Below the pieces are notes generated by a model. That model was given only the letters and a program-made list of their open reading frames with translations. It did not search any database and was not told the origin of the DNA. A stretch of DNA of 64,000 nucleotides from Candidatus Nomurabacteria bacterium RIFCSPHIGHO2_02_FULL_42_19 (GTDB lineage Bacteria > Patescibacteriota > Minisyncoccia > Phycocordibacterales > UBA9973): the NCBI GenBank assembly GCA_001785615.1, contig MFUG01000016.1:13752-77751 (forward strand), read 5' to 3'. Made by a program: the position numbers and the translations under genes. Positions 48,534 to 57,208 of the stretch are shown one piece after another. The first letter of the stretch is position 1. Each line of letters opens with the position of its first letter.

Positions 48534-49224
48534 GGCGAAAGGCGCCCAAGAGATATTTCTGATCAACGATAAAACCAAGATTCAAGATACGCTTCTTTTC
48601 TAAAAAAGCCAAGACGTTATTGACTAAAACAAAAGAAACGGCAATGCCGAGAGCAAAAAATATACGCTCTAGGGCTACCGTTGGTATAAGTGAGATCCAA
48701 ACTGGCGCTGGTAGTGCAAAAAACCATATCCATAAAGCTCCACCGATTGCATGAGCACTAAAAGTAGCGCCAAGCGCTCGCGCCAAGAGAAATCTGTCGC
48801 GAAGAAAATAGGCAATAATCGGAATGGTCCAAAAAAGCGCAAAATACCAAACAGTCCGGCCGATAGGATGGGCTATAAAAGCCACGATAGCGATAGCGGG
48901 TAGAATTAAATTGAATTTTCCTTTCTTCGCGAAGTACAGCACCGCAAAAAGCATTGGCAGAAAGCGAATAATTGTTCCCGCGTCCTCGATTACCGCTCCG
49001 TGTGCTAAGAAGTTGATAAACTGCATCAAAAACACCGCTATGACACCAGGTAAATTGCCGATAAAAGCCCCCGCCACGGGCGCAAAAGCGTCGTACACCA
49101 TAAATTTCGCCTTTGATCCTTCTAGTTGAGTTATGGGAATCTGTAATGTAATAAATCCTAAAACCGTAAAAATAACAATAAAGAGAATATTTTTCTTTGT
49201 AAAGTATTGTTTTATGTTTGACAT
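48517..49224 (-). CDS. Polytopic membrane protein resembling an ECF S-component
   Basis: About 6-7 TM; beta-hairpin-like segment then F..D.FAP.AG..IG..PG; overlaps the downstream reductase. Confidence 0.6.
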   Translation of the reverse strand: MSNIKQYFTKKNILFIVIFTVLGFITLQIPITQLEGSKAKFMVYDAFAPVAGAFIGNLPGVIAVFLMQFINFLAHGAVIEDAGTIIRFLPMLFAVLYFAKKGKFNLILPAIAIVAFIAHPIGRTVWYFALFWTIPIIAYFLRDRFLLARALGATFSAHAIGGALWIWFFALPAPVWISLIPTVALERIFFALGIAVSFVLVNNVLAFLEKKRILNLGFIVDQKYLLGAFRHEPKT

Positions 49225-49248
49225 GTTAATATATTAACACAATTAGAA

Positions 49249-49674
49249 TTAATTTTTCACCTCTATGCCCATAGAACGAGCTGACCCTGCAATAATATTT
49301 ATCGCCCCTTCGTCATCTTTAGCATTCAAATCCTGCATTTTCTTTTTGGCAATTTCTAGAGCTTGCGCCCGAGTAATTTTCCCAACTTTGGTAGTAATAT
49401 TAGTTCCGGAACCTTTCTCTACGCCCGCCGCTTTTAGGATAAGGCCAGTGGCTGGAGGAGTTTTTACCACGAAATCATAACTTCGGTCTTCGTAGACGGT
49501 AATAGAGACCCCTACTTTATCTCCGGCCATATTTTTAGTGGCAGCATTGAACTTGGTAACGAAGTCCCCTATATTTATGCCGGCTTGACCTAAAGCGGGA
49601 CCGAGCGGCGGAGCAGGGGTCGCTTTAGCGGCCTGTATTTGTAGTTTTATTTTTTTAGTAATTTTTTTTGCCAT
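49249..49674 (-). CDS. rplK: 50S ribosomal protein uL11
   Basis: [23 protein letters not shown]. Confidence 0.98.
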   Translation of the reverse strand: MAKKITKKIKLQIQAAKATPAPPLGPALGQAGINIGDFVTKFNAATKNMAGDKVGVSITVYEDRSYDFVVKTPPATGLILKAAGVEKGSGTNITTKVGKITRAQALEIAKKKMQDLNAKDDEGAINIIAGSARSMGIEVKN

Positions 49675-49713
49675 GTTTATTTCAATTTGTAATTAATAAC
49701 TAATAACTTAAAA

Positions 49714-50259
49714 CTAGATTTTCTTCACCTGAAGAAAATCTAGCTCCACCGGGGTCTCGCGACCGAACATGGAAACCAGTACTTTTACCTTCCCGCGCTC
49801 TTGATCAACTGAATTTACTTTACCTTCCAGGTCTTTGAATGGGCCGTCTATTATCAAAACCGTCTCTCCCACAGCAAGGTCAATATTGTGCTTGGTCGTA
49901 CCAGCATCCATCTTTTTGAAAAGAAATTCTACTTCTTCTTTTTTGAGAGGAACGGGGTTTACCCCAGCGCCCACAAAACCGGTAACCCGGGGAGTATTTC
50001 TAACCACGTACCAAGAATCATCGGTAACCACCATGTCTACCAACACATAGCCGGGATAAATTTTTTCCTCCACTTCCACGCGCTTACCTCCCTTAATTTT
50101 TATTTTTTTTTCAACCGGCACAATGACGTTGAATATTTTTTCATTCATGCTGAGCGAATCAATACGCTGTTTTAAGTTGCGTAGCACCACGTTTTCATAT
50201 CCGGCGTAAGTATGTATCGCATACCAACTTCTAACTCCTTGTGTTTCCTGTTTGGACAT
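49714..50259 (-). CDS. nusG: Transcription factor NusG
   Basis: WYAIHT, YPGYV, GPF, FGRETPVELDF. Confidence 0.98.
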   Translation of the reverse strand: MSKQETQGVRSWYAIHTYAGYENVVLRNLKQRIDSLSMNEKIFNVIVPVEKKIKIKGGKRVEVEEKIYPGYVLVDMVVTDDSWYVVRNTPRVTGFVGAGVNPVPLKKEEVEFLFKKMDAGTTKHNIDLAVGETVLIIDGPFKDLEGKVNSVDQERGKVKVLVSMFGRETPVELDFLQVKKI

Positions 50260-50262
50260 GAA

Positions 50263-50448
50263 TTAAAAAGAAAGTATTTTTTCTAACCCCGTAGAAAAAA
50301 TAAAGTCAAATATTCCTAAAAAATACGCGATCAAGACAGAGAGCGCGACGACAATCAACGTATAGTAAAGGGTTTGGCTTCTAGAAGGCCAAATTACGTG
50401 CTTTAATTCTGTTTTGGTATCTTTGAGATATTCGACTAGCTTGGACAT
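50263..50448 (-). CDS. secE: Preprotein translocase SecE
   Basis: ELKHVIWPSR; upstream of nusG. Confidence 0.95.
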   Translation of the reverse strand: MSKLVEYLKDTKTELKHVIWPSRSQTLYYTLIVVALSVLIAYFLGIFDFIFSTGLEKILSF

Positions 50449-50581
50449 AATTTTATAAAAAAGCCCCTCAAGAGGGCTTTTTTATATTATTCCCTTTTTC
50501 CTGAAAAGTCAAACTATTATACAGTTACCCATATGGGGTGACAGTTTAGGTAAATTGGGGTGACAAAGGGTAACTAAACAA

Positions 50582-51388
50582 CTACCTTATCTCGTAAGTT
50601 ACTGTTACATCCGAGCTGATGATGTTCTCGCCTTTCGGAATTTGAGCTGGGGCAGGAGCTGTACTGGCGCCTTCCAGCATCATGGCATCTTTAGCGTAGT
50701 AAATTGGTCCTCCATAGCCGTCATTTTCACTGAAACTTGCAATTCGACCCAAGCGAACTCCCAGGTCGTTAGCTAAAACTTTTGCTTTGGTTCTGGCGTC
50801 CTCAATTGCTTCCTTCCTAGCTTCAGCTTTTAGAGCATCTTCATCATCTATGGAAAAATCTGGGCCATTTAAATCAGTCACTCCCAAAGTTCCGAGGTCT
50901 TGCATAATTTTACCGACCTCGTCTGTATTTCTAACTTTTACCGTAATACTTTCATATGCTTCGTAGCCCACGATCACGTTATCCCCCGAATTGGGAGGAC
51001 AGCCGTACTGAGTACATGGCATTGATACTCGTGTGTCATAAACATATTTATATTTTGGGTTGAAAGAAGCATTGGAGGTTTTGATATCCTTTTCCGCCAC
51101 GCCACTTGCCTTCAAGGAATCAAACGCGGACTTCTCCACTGTCGCCACGGCCTCTTGCGCTTCTTTTACTGTCTTCCCCTCTTTGTGAATAGAGAAATAA
51201 ATATTGGCAATATCCGGCACAGCGGAAACTTCTCCATGTCCAGAGAGCGTAATAGTATTGGCTTCATTACTACCCATCATTCCATAAGACCTAAATTCGG
51301 ACAGAAACTTTACGGCAAAAAATAAAGAAAGGACGACGACAAAAACGAGTGAAACCCTATACAAGTTTTTTATGTATTCATTTGGCAT
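50582..51388 (-). CDS. SIMPL (DUF541) domain protein
   Basis: GEVSAVPDIA, ARKEAIEDARTKA, LGVRLG, VTVTYEI. Confidence 0.9.
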   Translation of the reverse strand: MPNEYIKNLYRVSLVFVVVLSLFFAVKFLSEFRSYGMMGSNEANTITLSGHGEVSAVPDIANIYFSIHKEGKTVKEAQEAVATVEKSAFDSLKASGVAEKDIKTSNASFNPKYKYVYDTRVSMPCTQYGCPPNSGDNVIVGYEAYESITVKVRNTDEVGKIMQDLGTLGVTDLNGPDFSIDDEDALKAEARKEAIEDARTKAKVLANDLGVRLGRIASFSENDGYGGPIYYAKDAMMLEGASTAPAPAQIPKGENIISSDVTVTYEIR

Positions 51389-51456
51389 AATATTTTTGGA
51401 AAATTATTTCTAATAATTAAATTATAGCATAAGGGTATTAAAGTTCCAGTAGAAAA

Positions 51457-52431
51457 CTAAAATGGGTCAGTGCCTTGAATCAGTCGAACTGGTCCCGGCT
51501 GAATTATAATACCCTGATTACTATCTATAACGCGAGGGGGTAAACTTATAGGATTGTTTTCTGAACTCTCTGTATTTTGATTTTCTGTCTGATTTTCCGG
51601 GTCGGGGTTTGTGATAGGGCTGATTGGGACAGGAGTAGGAGACAAGGGCTCTATTTCCTCTTCTATCTCCGCTAACTGTTCTTGGACGGTAGTGACTTCT
51701 GTTTGCGCCTGCGTCACCACTGCCTGTTGTGCCACTACTTCTTCTGGCTCTATGGAGGTGGGGGGCGGAAAGTTGGAGGAAGTTTGACTGGATTCTACTT
51801 GTGAATTATGGTTTTCTATCGCGGTCTCAAGAGAAGTTAAGACCTCGTTTATATCTACTATGGACGGAAGTTGTGAAAAGTAAGTATCTATTTGAAATTG
51901 GGAAAGTTCTGAATCCTCCGGGGTCAAGCTTGCCACTATTTTAGCAAGGTTTTCTATGAACGTTTTGATTATTTCGGTATCTGCTTTTATTTTTTCTGCT
52001 TCACTTACGCCTATCTCTTTAATCGATAAAATATCGGTTTTTGCCAGCCACTCTGCAAGGAGTAGATTGATATATTGTCTCTCCGCATTTATTAGAATGT
52101 CGGGTAAAGGATTGTCTACAATTATTTCCGGGTTGGATCCATCGGGATCGGTAAATATAAAGTCGGTCTGTTTGACTATGTCCGAGGCCTGTTTTATTTG
52201 GTCTTGAACACTCGTACCTAATGCAAAAGAATTCTGCAGGTCGCCAAGCATAGTGCTCAATGCCCCCTTGGCTCTATTAAATTTATCTTCTGCGGTAATT
52301 AAATTACTTTCCAGTTTATTTTTTCGGGCCATTAAATCATCTAATTCACTCTCGCGCGTTAAAAAATATCCTCCCGTTAGAATAGTTATTAAAAAAGCTA
52401 TGCCTGCGCCAATAATAACTGATTTACTCAC
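51457..52431 (-). CDS. Hypothetical membrane-anchored acidic coiled-coil protein
   Basis: N-terminal TM, 324 aa, GTG start after TGTTATAAT. Confidence 0.7.
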   Translation of the reverse strand: MSKSVIIGAGIAFLITILTGGYFLTRESELDDLMARKNKLESNLITAEDKFNRAKGALSTMLGDLQNSFALGTSVQDQIKQASDIVKQTDFIFTDPDGSNPEIIVDNPLPDILINAERQYINLLLAEWLAKTDILSIKEIGVSEAEKIKADTEIIKTFIENLAKIVASLTPEDSELSQFQIDTYFSQLPSIVDINEVLTSLETAIENHNSQVESSQTSSNFPPPTSIEPEEVVAQQAVVTQAQTEVTTVQEQLAEIEEEIEPLSPTPVPISPITNPDPENQTENQNTESSENNPISLPPRVIDSNQGIIIQPGPVRLIQGTDPF

Positions 52432-52449
52432 GTTTTTATTATAACATTT

Positions 52450-53463
52450 TTAAATTAAATTCACTTCTGGCGTCAGCTTCAATCCAAATTTAGAAAAAAC
52501 TGAGTCCGTAATTTCTTTAGCTAAATTTTTTATTTCTTCGCCTGTCGCCTCACCATGATTGACCAGTACTAACGCATGTTTCTCGTGTACTCCTGTATTC
52601 CCTATTCTTTTACCTTTCCACCCAGTCTGCTCCACCAGCCAACCAGCTGGAACTTTCATGACTTCATCTTCTTTATAGTGTGGCATATTCGGATAAATTT
52701 TTAATAACTCTTCCAATTTTTCTTTTTCTAAAAACACATTTTTAAAAAAACTTCCAGCATTCCCGATAACAGCCGGGTCTGGTAATTTAAGCTTACGTAT
52801 AAATGTTACAGCGTTACTTATGTCTTTTGAACTATTGAGCGGCAATTTACTTATTTCTGAATATTCGGTAAAAGCTCGATATTTTATATTTTTCTTTTCT
52901 ATTTTACTTAACTTTAAGGTTACGGCCAAAATAAAATATTTACCCCGCCATTCTTTTTTAAAAATACTGTCATGGTAACTAAACCCGCATTCTTCTTTTC
53001 TGAAAGTTTTTTTTGTGCCATTTTTAACGTCTAATGCTTCCACATTCTCCAAAACTTCGCAAAGTTCCGCCCCATATGCCCCCAAGTTTTCTACCAACGC
53101 GCCACCCACTGTGCCGGGTATAAATGATAAATTTTCAAGCCCCCACAGGTTCCGCTCCACCGCGAAGAACACTAAGTCGTGCCATATCTCCCCGCTCGTT
53201 GATCTAATGACCATGTTTTGTGAATCTTCTTTTAGAATTTCTATACCTTTTAATTTATTCAGAATAACGATACCGTCAAAGTTTTTAGTGAATAAAACAT
53301 TGCTACCGCCACCTAAAAACAATTTTTCATTGTTTTGAAACTCGGGCAGTTTGAAAAGCTCTTGCAACTCAAGTTCGCTTTTTATTTCAGTAAAAAATTT
53401 AGCTCGAACATTGATGCCGAAAGTATTCAATTTGGTTAAATCGTAATTTTTGTGAATCTCCAT
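52450..53463 (-). CDS. murB: UDP-N-acetylmuramate dehydrogenase
   Basis: LGGGSN, IPGTVGG, GNAGSFFKN, HALVLVN, PEV; start MEIHKN. Confidence 0.95.
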   Translation of the reverse strand: MEIHKNYDLTKLNTFGINVRAKFFTEIKSELELQELFKLPEFQNNEKLFLGGGSNVLFTKNFDGIVILNKLKGIEILKEDSQNMVIRSTSGEIWHDLVFFAVERNLWGLENLSFIPGTVGGALVENLGAYGAELCEVLENVEALDVKNGTKKTFRKEECGFSYHDSIFKKEWRGKYFILAVTLKLSKIEKKNIKYRAFTEYSEISKLPLNSSKDISNAVTFIRKLKLPDPAVIGNAGSFFKNVFLEKEKLEELLKIYPNMPHYKEDEVMKVPAGWLVEQTGWKGKRIGNTGVHEKHALVLVNHGEATGEEIKNLAKEITDSVFSKFGLKLTPEVNLI

Positions 53464-53467
53464 ATTA

Positions 53468-54046
53468 TTATCGAAGTATAGACACAGAGCCATCAGGATG
53501 CAATCTAACAACTTTGGACGCTTCCCCGGCAAGCATGCCTCCATCTATGTACAGATCAACGGAGTCATTAAAATACTTTTTTGCTTCTTCGATGGTCTTG
53601 GCTGGGAGTAAACCTTCGGGATTAGCAGATGGCGCAATGAGCGGGCCTGTTTCCAAGAGAAGGTCTCGCAACTCTTTTATGGCCGGCAGACGAAAGGCAA
53701 GGGTTTTCGTCCCGCGATGTAGATAGGAAAATGACTCGTCGGGACAATCTAGAACGACACTGATAGGCCGAAGGTCCTGAGTAGGACTGAAGGACCAATA
53801 TTTTTTTAATTTTTCTTTTTGCTTTTCTGAAATATTTATAGAAAAATTTTTAAGTTCACTAATATCTCCGATAAGTATGATGCAAGGTTTCTTTGGATTT
53901 CGTTTGCGCAAAGCATAGATACGATTAACCACCGAAACATTTTGGGCGCTTCCCACCATTCCGTACAAAGTATCGGTGGGCATAACCGCGACGCCACCAC
54001 CCCTTAAGATTTTTATAAGATTCTTATTCTCTTGATCGCCCCACAT
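53468..54046 (-). CDS. tsaC: L-threonylcarbamoyladenylate synthase (Sua5/TsaC)
   Basis: PTDTLYG, KRNPKKP, AFRLP, PSAN. Confidence 0.9.
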   Translation of the reverse strand: MWGDQENKNLIKILRGGGVAVMPTDTLYGMVGSAQNVSVVNRIYALRKRNPKKPCIILIGDISELKNFSINISEKQKEKLKKYWSFSPTQDLRPISVVLDCPDESFSYLHRGTKTLAFRLPAIKELRDLLLETGPLIAPSANPEGLLPAKTIEEAKKYFNDSVDLYIDGGMLAGEASKVVRLHPDGSVSILR

Positions 54047-54050
54047 ATTT

Positions 54051-54581
54051 TTACAAGATCTCTTTTTCCAGGTGTTTTTCTATCTCTTCTTCACTAACTG
54101 GACGAAGCATCTTCTTCAGTTCCGGGTCTTGTGATAAATCCATTCCTTGTTTTTCTAGAAGTAAAGCCATCATTTTCATAAGCTTAGTAATTTCCCGCTC
54201 GGAAATGAGATTTAGCTGTAAATGGGTCTCTTCCCGCAAATCATCTATCTTGGCGCTACGATTTTGGGAAATAAGCACGAAGATTGCTAGAATAATGGCT
54301 TCGAGGGAGACAATGGTAGTAAGTAAACTAAAAGGGAAAGGGTCAAAGGGGGATATTTCTTTTACCTGATTAGTGTTGATAAGTATCCAGGCAATAAATA
54401 AAAATACATTAAATAATAAAAAAATTATGCTCCCGAAGCTTGAAGTCAACCAGTCGGCCATTCGTTCCATGGTCGTTCTTTTGGCGTTCGCTTTGGCCTT
54501 CATGCTCTTGAATATTTTCCTACGCGGCTCCTCGTTTTCGCCAAATAATGCCGTTAGAAATGAGACGTAGTTGTTTGGCAT
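54051..54581 (-). CDS. DUF1003 membrane protein
   Basis: FDPFPFSLL..VSLEAI..FVLISQNR. Confidence 0.88.
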   Translation of the reverse strand: MPNNYVSFLTALFGENEEPRRKIFKSMKAKANAKRTTMERMADWLTSSFGSIIFLLFNVFLFIAWILINTNQVKEISPFDPFPFSLLTTIVSLEAIILAIFVLISQNRSAKIDDLREETHLQLNLISEREITKLMKMMALLLEKQGMDLSQDPELKKMLRPVSEEEIEKHLEKEIL

Positions 54582-54631
54582 CTTTATATTATAACACTTA
54601 TTTTAAAAACTAGACGGTGTACACATAATTT

Positions 54632-54704
54632 GGGTGCCCGGAGAGAATTGAACTCTCGATATCGGCTCCACAAGCCGAAGTTTTACCACTAAACTACGGG
54701 CACC
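54632..54704 (-). tRNA. tRNA-His (GUG) with encoded G-1
   Basis: G-GTGCCCG...TCGGC TT-GTG-GA GCCGA...GAGAG TTCAATT CTCTC CGGGCAC C. Confidence 0.93.
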
Positions 54705-54707
54705 ATA

Positions 54708-55229
54708 TTACGAAGATTTTCTTCGTACTCTATATACTGACAGATTCTTCACAAATTTCAAGGATTCTTCTTTATTATGGTGAACCAAAAAATGACAATT
54801 GTGGCAAAGCCAAGACAAATTTGATATATTATTATTCTTTCTATTCTTATCAATGTGGTGAACAGCAAGTACTCTTTGGTCTTTGGTTTTACATAAAATA
54901 CAAAATTTGGGAATTTTGTGTCTTGATAATACACTTCTATAAGCAAACAATCCCATTTTCCAATTAGCGTGCTTGGCTCCAATAAATTCTTGATTTCTCC
55001 AAACTGTTTGGCAAGATTTGCTACAAAAAAATTTACCACTTTTTGACTTTGTTAATTGTTTTAGTTGTTTGTAAGTTTCTTTACCGCAAATATCACAAGG
55101 CACAATGGCTCCTTTTTTCCTCGCCTGATACTGACACGCAGAAGAACAATATTTTGCATACCCAATTTTGATGTGAGATGGCTTACCATAAAACTCTTTT
55201 GAGCATAATTGACATTTTACTATTGGCAC
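54708..55229 (-). CDS. HNH endonuclease with N-terminal zinc-finger repeats
   Basis: CxxC...CSxxC twice; HHIDKNRKNN..NL..LCHNCH. Confidence 0.88.
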   Translation of the reverse strand: MPIVKCQLCSKEFYGKPSHIKIGYAKYCSSACQYQARKKGAIVPCDICGKETYKQLKQLTKSKSGKFFCSKSCQTVWRNQEFIGAKHANWKMGLFAYRSVLSRHKIPKFCILCKTKDQRVLAVHHIDKNRKNNNISNLSWLCHNCHFLVHHNKEESLKFVKNLSVYRVRRKSS

Positions 55230-55320
55230 AGTTTTATTATATCAATAATGGAAAATTATGTAAAGAAAACAATTTGTGGATATTTCTACAATTTGTTATG
55301 CTACTATCAAGTGGAATTTT

Positions 55321-55740
55321 CTAACTAAAGACGGTGAAAATAAAAATCAGAGTAGAAATAAAGGCCGAGACAAGGCACCAAGAGCAACCTTTCTTTAGGG
55401 CGAAAATCTGCACGCCAATAAGATAAAGAGAGAAAAGAAAAGCAGTGGTAGAAATTATTAAACTAAAATCAATTGGAATACTTGAGAAAAAACTTGGGGA
55501 GAAGATTAAAATTATATGCCATAGGGAAATAATGGAATAGTAAAACATCCCCAAGAACTCCACCGGAATGCCAAAAAATCTAGAATAGTCACTATTGACG
55601 ACAGTGTTGCAATCAAACCTTATCGGGCAGACAAGTAATTTGCCAGTTTTTTTATGGTGATAAATATACTTGGCAACCATAAAACCGGAGATCCCCAAAA
55701 TCACAATGGCAACATGTATTAAAATATCATTTTCTAGCAT
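55321..55740 (-). CDS. Vitamin K epoxide reductase family protein
   Basis: CPIRFDCNTVVNSDYS, GIP, CSWC. Confidence 0.88.
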   Translation of the reverse strand: MLENDILIHVAIVILGISGFMVAKYIYHHKKTGKLLVCPIRFDCNTVVNSDYSRFFGIPVEFLGMFYYSIISLWHIILIFSPSFFSSIPIDFSLIISTTAFLFSLYLIGVQIFALKKGCSWCLVSAFISTLIFIFTVFS

Positions 55741-55855
55741 TGTGTCTAAAGTATACCAATTTTTTTATATAAAACAAAAGCATAAACTAGTTCGCGCCGG
55801 GGGTCTTTGGGAAAAGACCGCGACCGGCGCGAATGTGTGATGGGGGGTTTGTCCC

Positions 55856-56059
55856 CTAGTCTCGACTGTGCCCATCGGGACCGTTGCCTTGAGCCGCGAG
55901 CGGATTATTGTTGGCCTCCCGTCGTTCTCGACGGTGGTGGTCACGAGCCACGTTCGGTGCCCACTGTGCGATCCGCTCCTCGACGGTGGGCGCCGGCGAG
56001 GGAGGGTCGATTTGGAGTACGGATTCTTGTCTGTACCTCTCAAGATGTTTCCTTGACAT
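55856..56059 (-). CDS. GC-rich orphan small ORF (67 aa)
   Basis: GGAGAG before ATG; MSRKHLERYRQES...; followed by hairpins. Confidence 0.35.
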   Translation of the reverse strand: MSRKHLERYRQESVLQIDPPSPAPTVEERIAQWAPNVARDHHRRERREANNNPLAAQGNGPDGHSRD

Positions 56060-56216
56060 TATCTCTCCCTTCTTCCTCGTTAACGACTCGCTGGGCCGTA
56101 GGAAGTGGGTGCCGTGCCCTCCACGCGGGATCACGCAACCATTCATCCTCTTGATGGCATTGGTTCAGATGAAGTATCTTCGCCATGCCCTCGTCTGAGA
56201 CGGGCTTCATGTTCAT
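56040..56216 (-). CDS. GC-rich orphan small ORF (58 aa)
   Basis: GGAGG before ATG; MNMKPVSDEG...; overlaps the next small ORF. Confidence 0.35.
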   Translation of the reverse strand: MNMKPVSDEGMAKILHLNQCHQEDEWLRDPAWRARHPLPTAQRVVNEEEGRDNVKETS

Positions 56217-56310
56217 GGGACCTCCGAAAATAAGAACGCAGAAAACACAACCTAAAATATACTCCCAAAAACACAAAAAATCAACGGTGCCCAGAGGGTT
56301 CTTGGACTAA

Positions 56311-56538
56311 CTATATTTCTAATCTTTTAATCTTGAAAAGATCATATATAGCAGCAAGTATAAAGACAATCTGCAAAATTATGAATATTGTATCTTGAAG
56401 ATAAATACTATAAATTTCCAGACAAATTCCGCCAATTATAGATAAAATGTTTTGGCGCTTGCGATTTTTTAGCAATAAACCAATACAAATAAAAAAGAGT
56501 CCTACTGCGCCTACTAATTTAAAAATATCTATATCCAT
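56311..56538 (-). CDS. Small three-TM membrane protein
   Basis: MDIDIFKLVGAVGL...YS....DTIFIILQ; starts just after tRNA-Leu. Confidence 0.7.
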   Translation of the reverse strand: MDIDIFKLVGAVGLFFICIGLLLKNRKRQNILSIIGGICLEIYSIYLQDTIFIILQIVFILAAIYDLFKIKRLEI

Positions 56539-56543
56539 ATATT

Positions 56544-56630
56544 TGGTGCGCTGGGGGAGACTTGAACTCCCACGTCCTTGCGGACCTGTGCACCTCAAGC
56601 ACAGATGGTTACCAGTTACATCACCAGCGC
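56544..56630 (-). tRNA. tRNA-Leu (GAG)
   Basis: GCGCTGG...TGTGC TT-GAG-GT GCACA, long variable arm, CCA encoded. Confidence 0.93.
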
Positions 56631-56659
56631 AACATTAAAATTATATTAGAGATAGAAAT

Positions 56660-57109
56660 TTATTCCGCGGCTTTGGCTACTGCTTCTGTTTCATTATCGG
56701 CTTCTGAATTGACGGAGCGCATCTTGCGGCGAACATCTTTTATCGCTTTAGTGCGAATATAATATAATTTACTTCTTCGGGCATGGGACTTTTTAATTAG
56801 TTCAATTTTATCTACCATGGGCGAGAAAAGCGGGAAAATTCTTTCAACCCCAACCCCTGAAGCAACTCGGCGCACCGTAAAGGTCGCCCCCGACTCTGTC
56901 CCGTGTTTGCGAGCTAAAACCGTCCCCTCAAATGCCTGGAGACGGAATTTGACGGTTTTTTCCGCTTTTTTGTTGGCTTTAGTGGACATTTTTTCTTCCG
57001 CTATCTTGCTCCACACCCGCACAGTATCCCCGGACCGAAAATCCAGTTTCTTGCGGGTTTCAATATCTACCGAGGTGAATTTAATTTTGTTTAATAAAGC
57101 AGTATTCAT
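56660..57109 (-). CDS. rplS: 50S ribosomal protein bL19
   Basis: FRSGDTV, QAFEG, GVGVERIFP, RRSKLYY. Confidence 0.97.
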   Translation of the reverse strand: MNTALLNKIKFTSVDIETRKKLDFRSGDTVRVWSKIAEEKMSTKANKKAEKTVKFRLQAFEGTVLARKHGTESGATFTVRRVASGVGVERIFPLFSPMVDKIELIKKSHARRSKLYYIRTKAIKDVRRKMRSVNSEADNETEAVAKAAE

Positions 57110-57149
57110 GGTGATTTAATCTAACATGCCCTGTGATTTTTTGCAATTT

Positions 57150-57208
57150 CCTCACCCCTGCTGCGCTTCCCCTCTCCATTTATAAATGGAGAGGGGCTAG
57201 AGGTGAGG
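57150..57208. repeat. REP-like nested palindrome
   Basis: CCTCACC...CCCCTCTCCATTTATAAATGGAGAGGGG...GGTGAGG. Confidence 0.7.
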
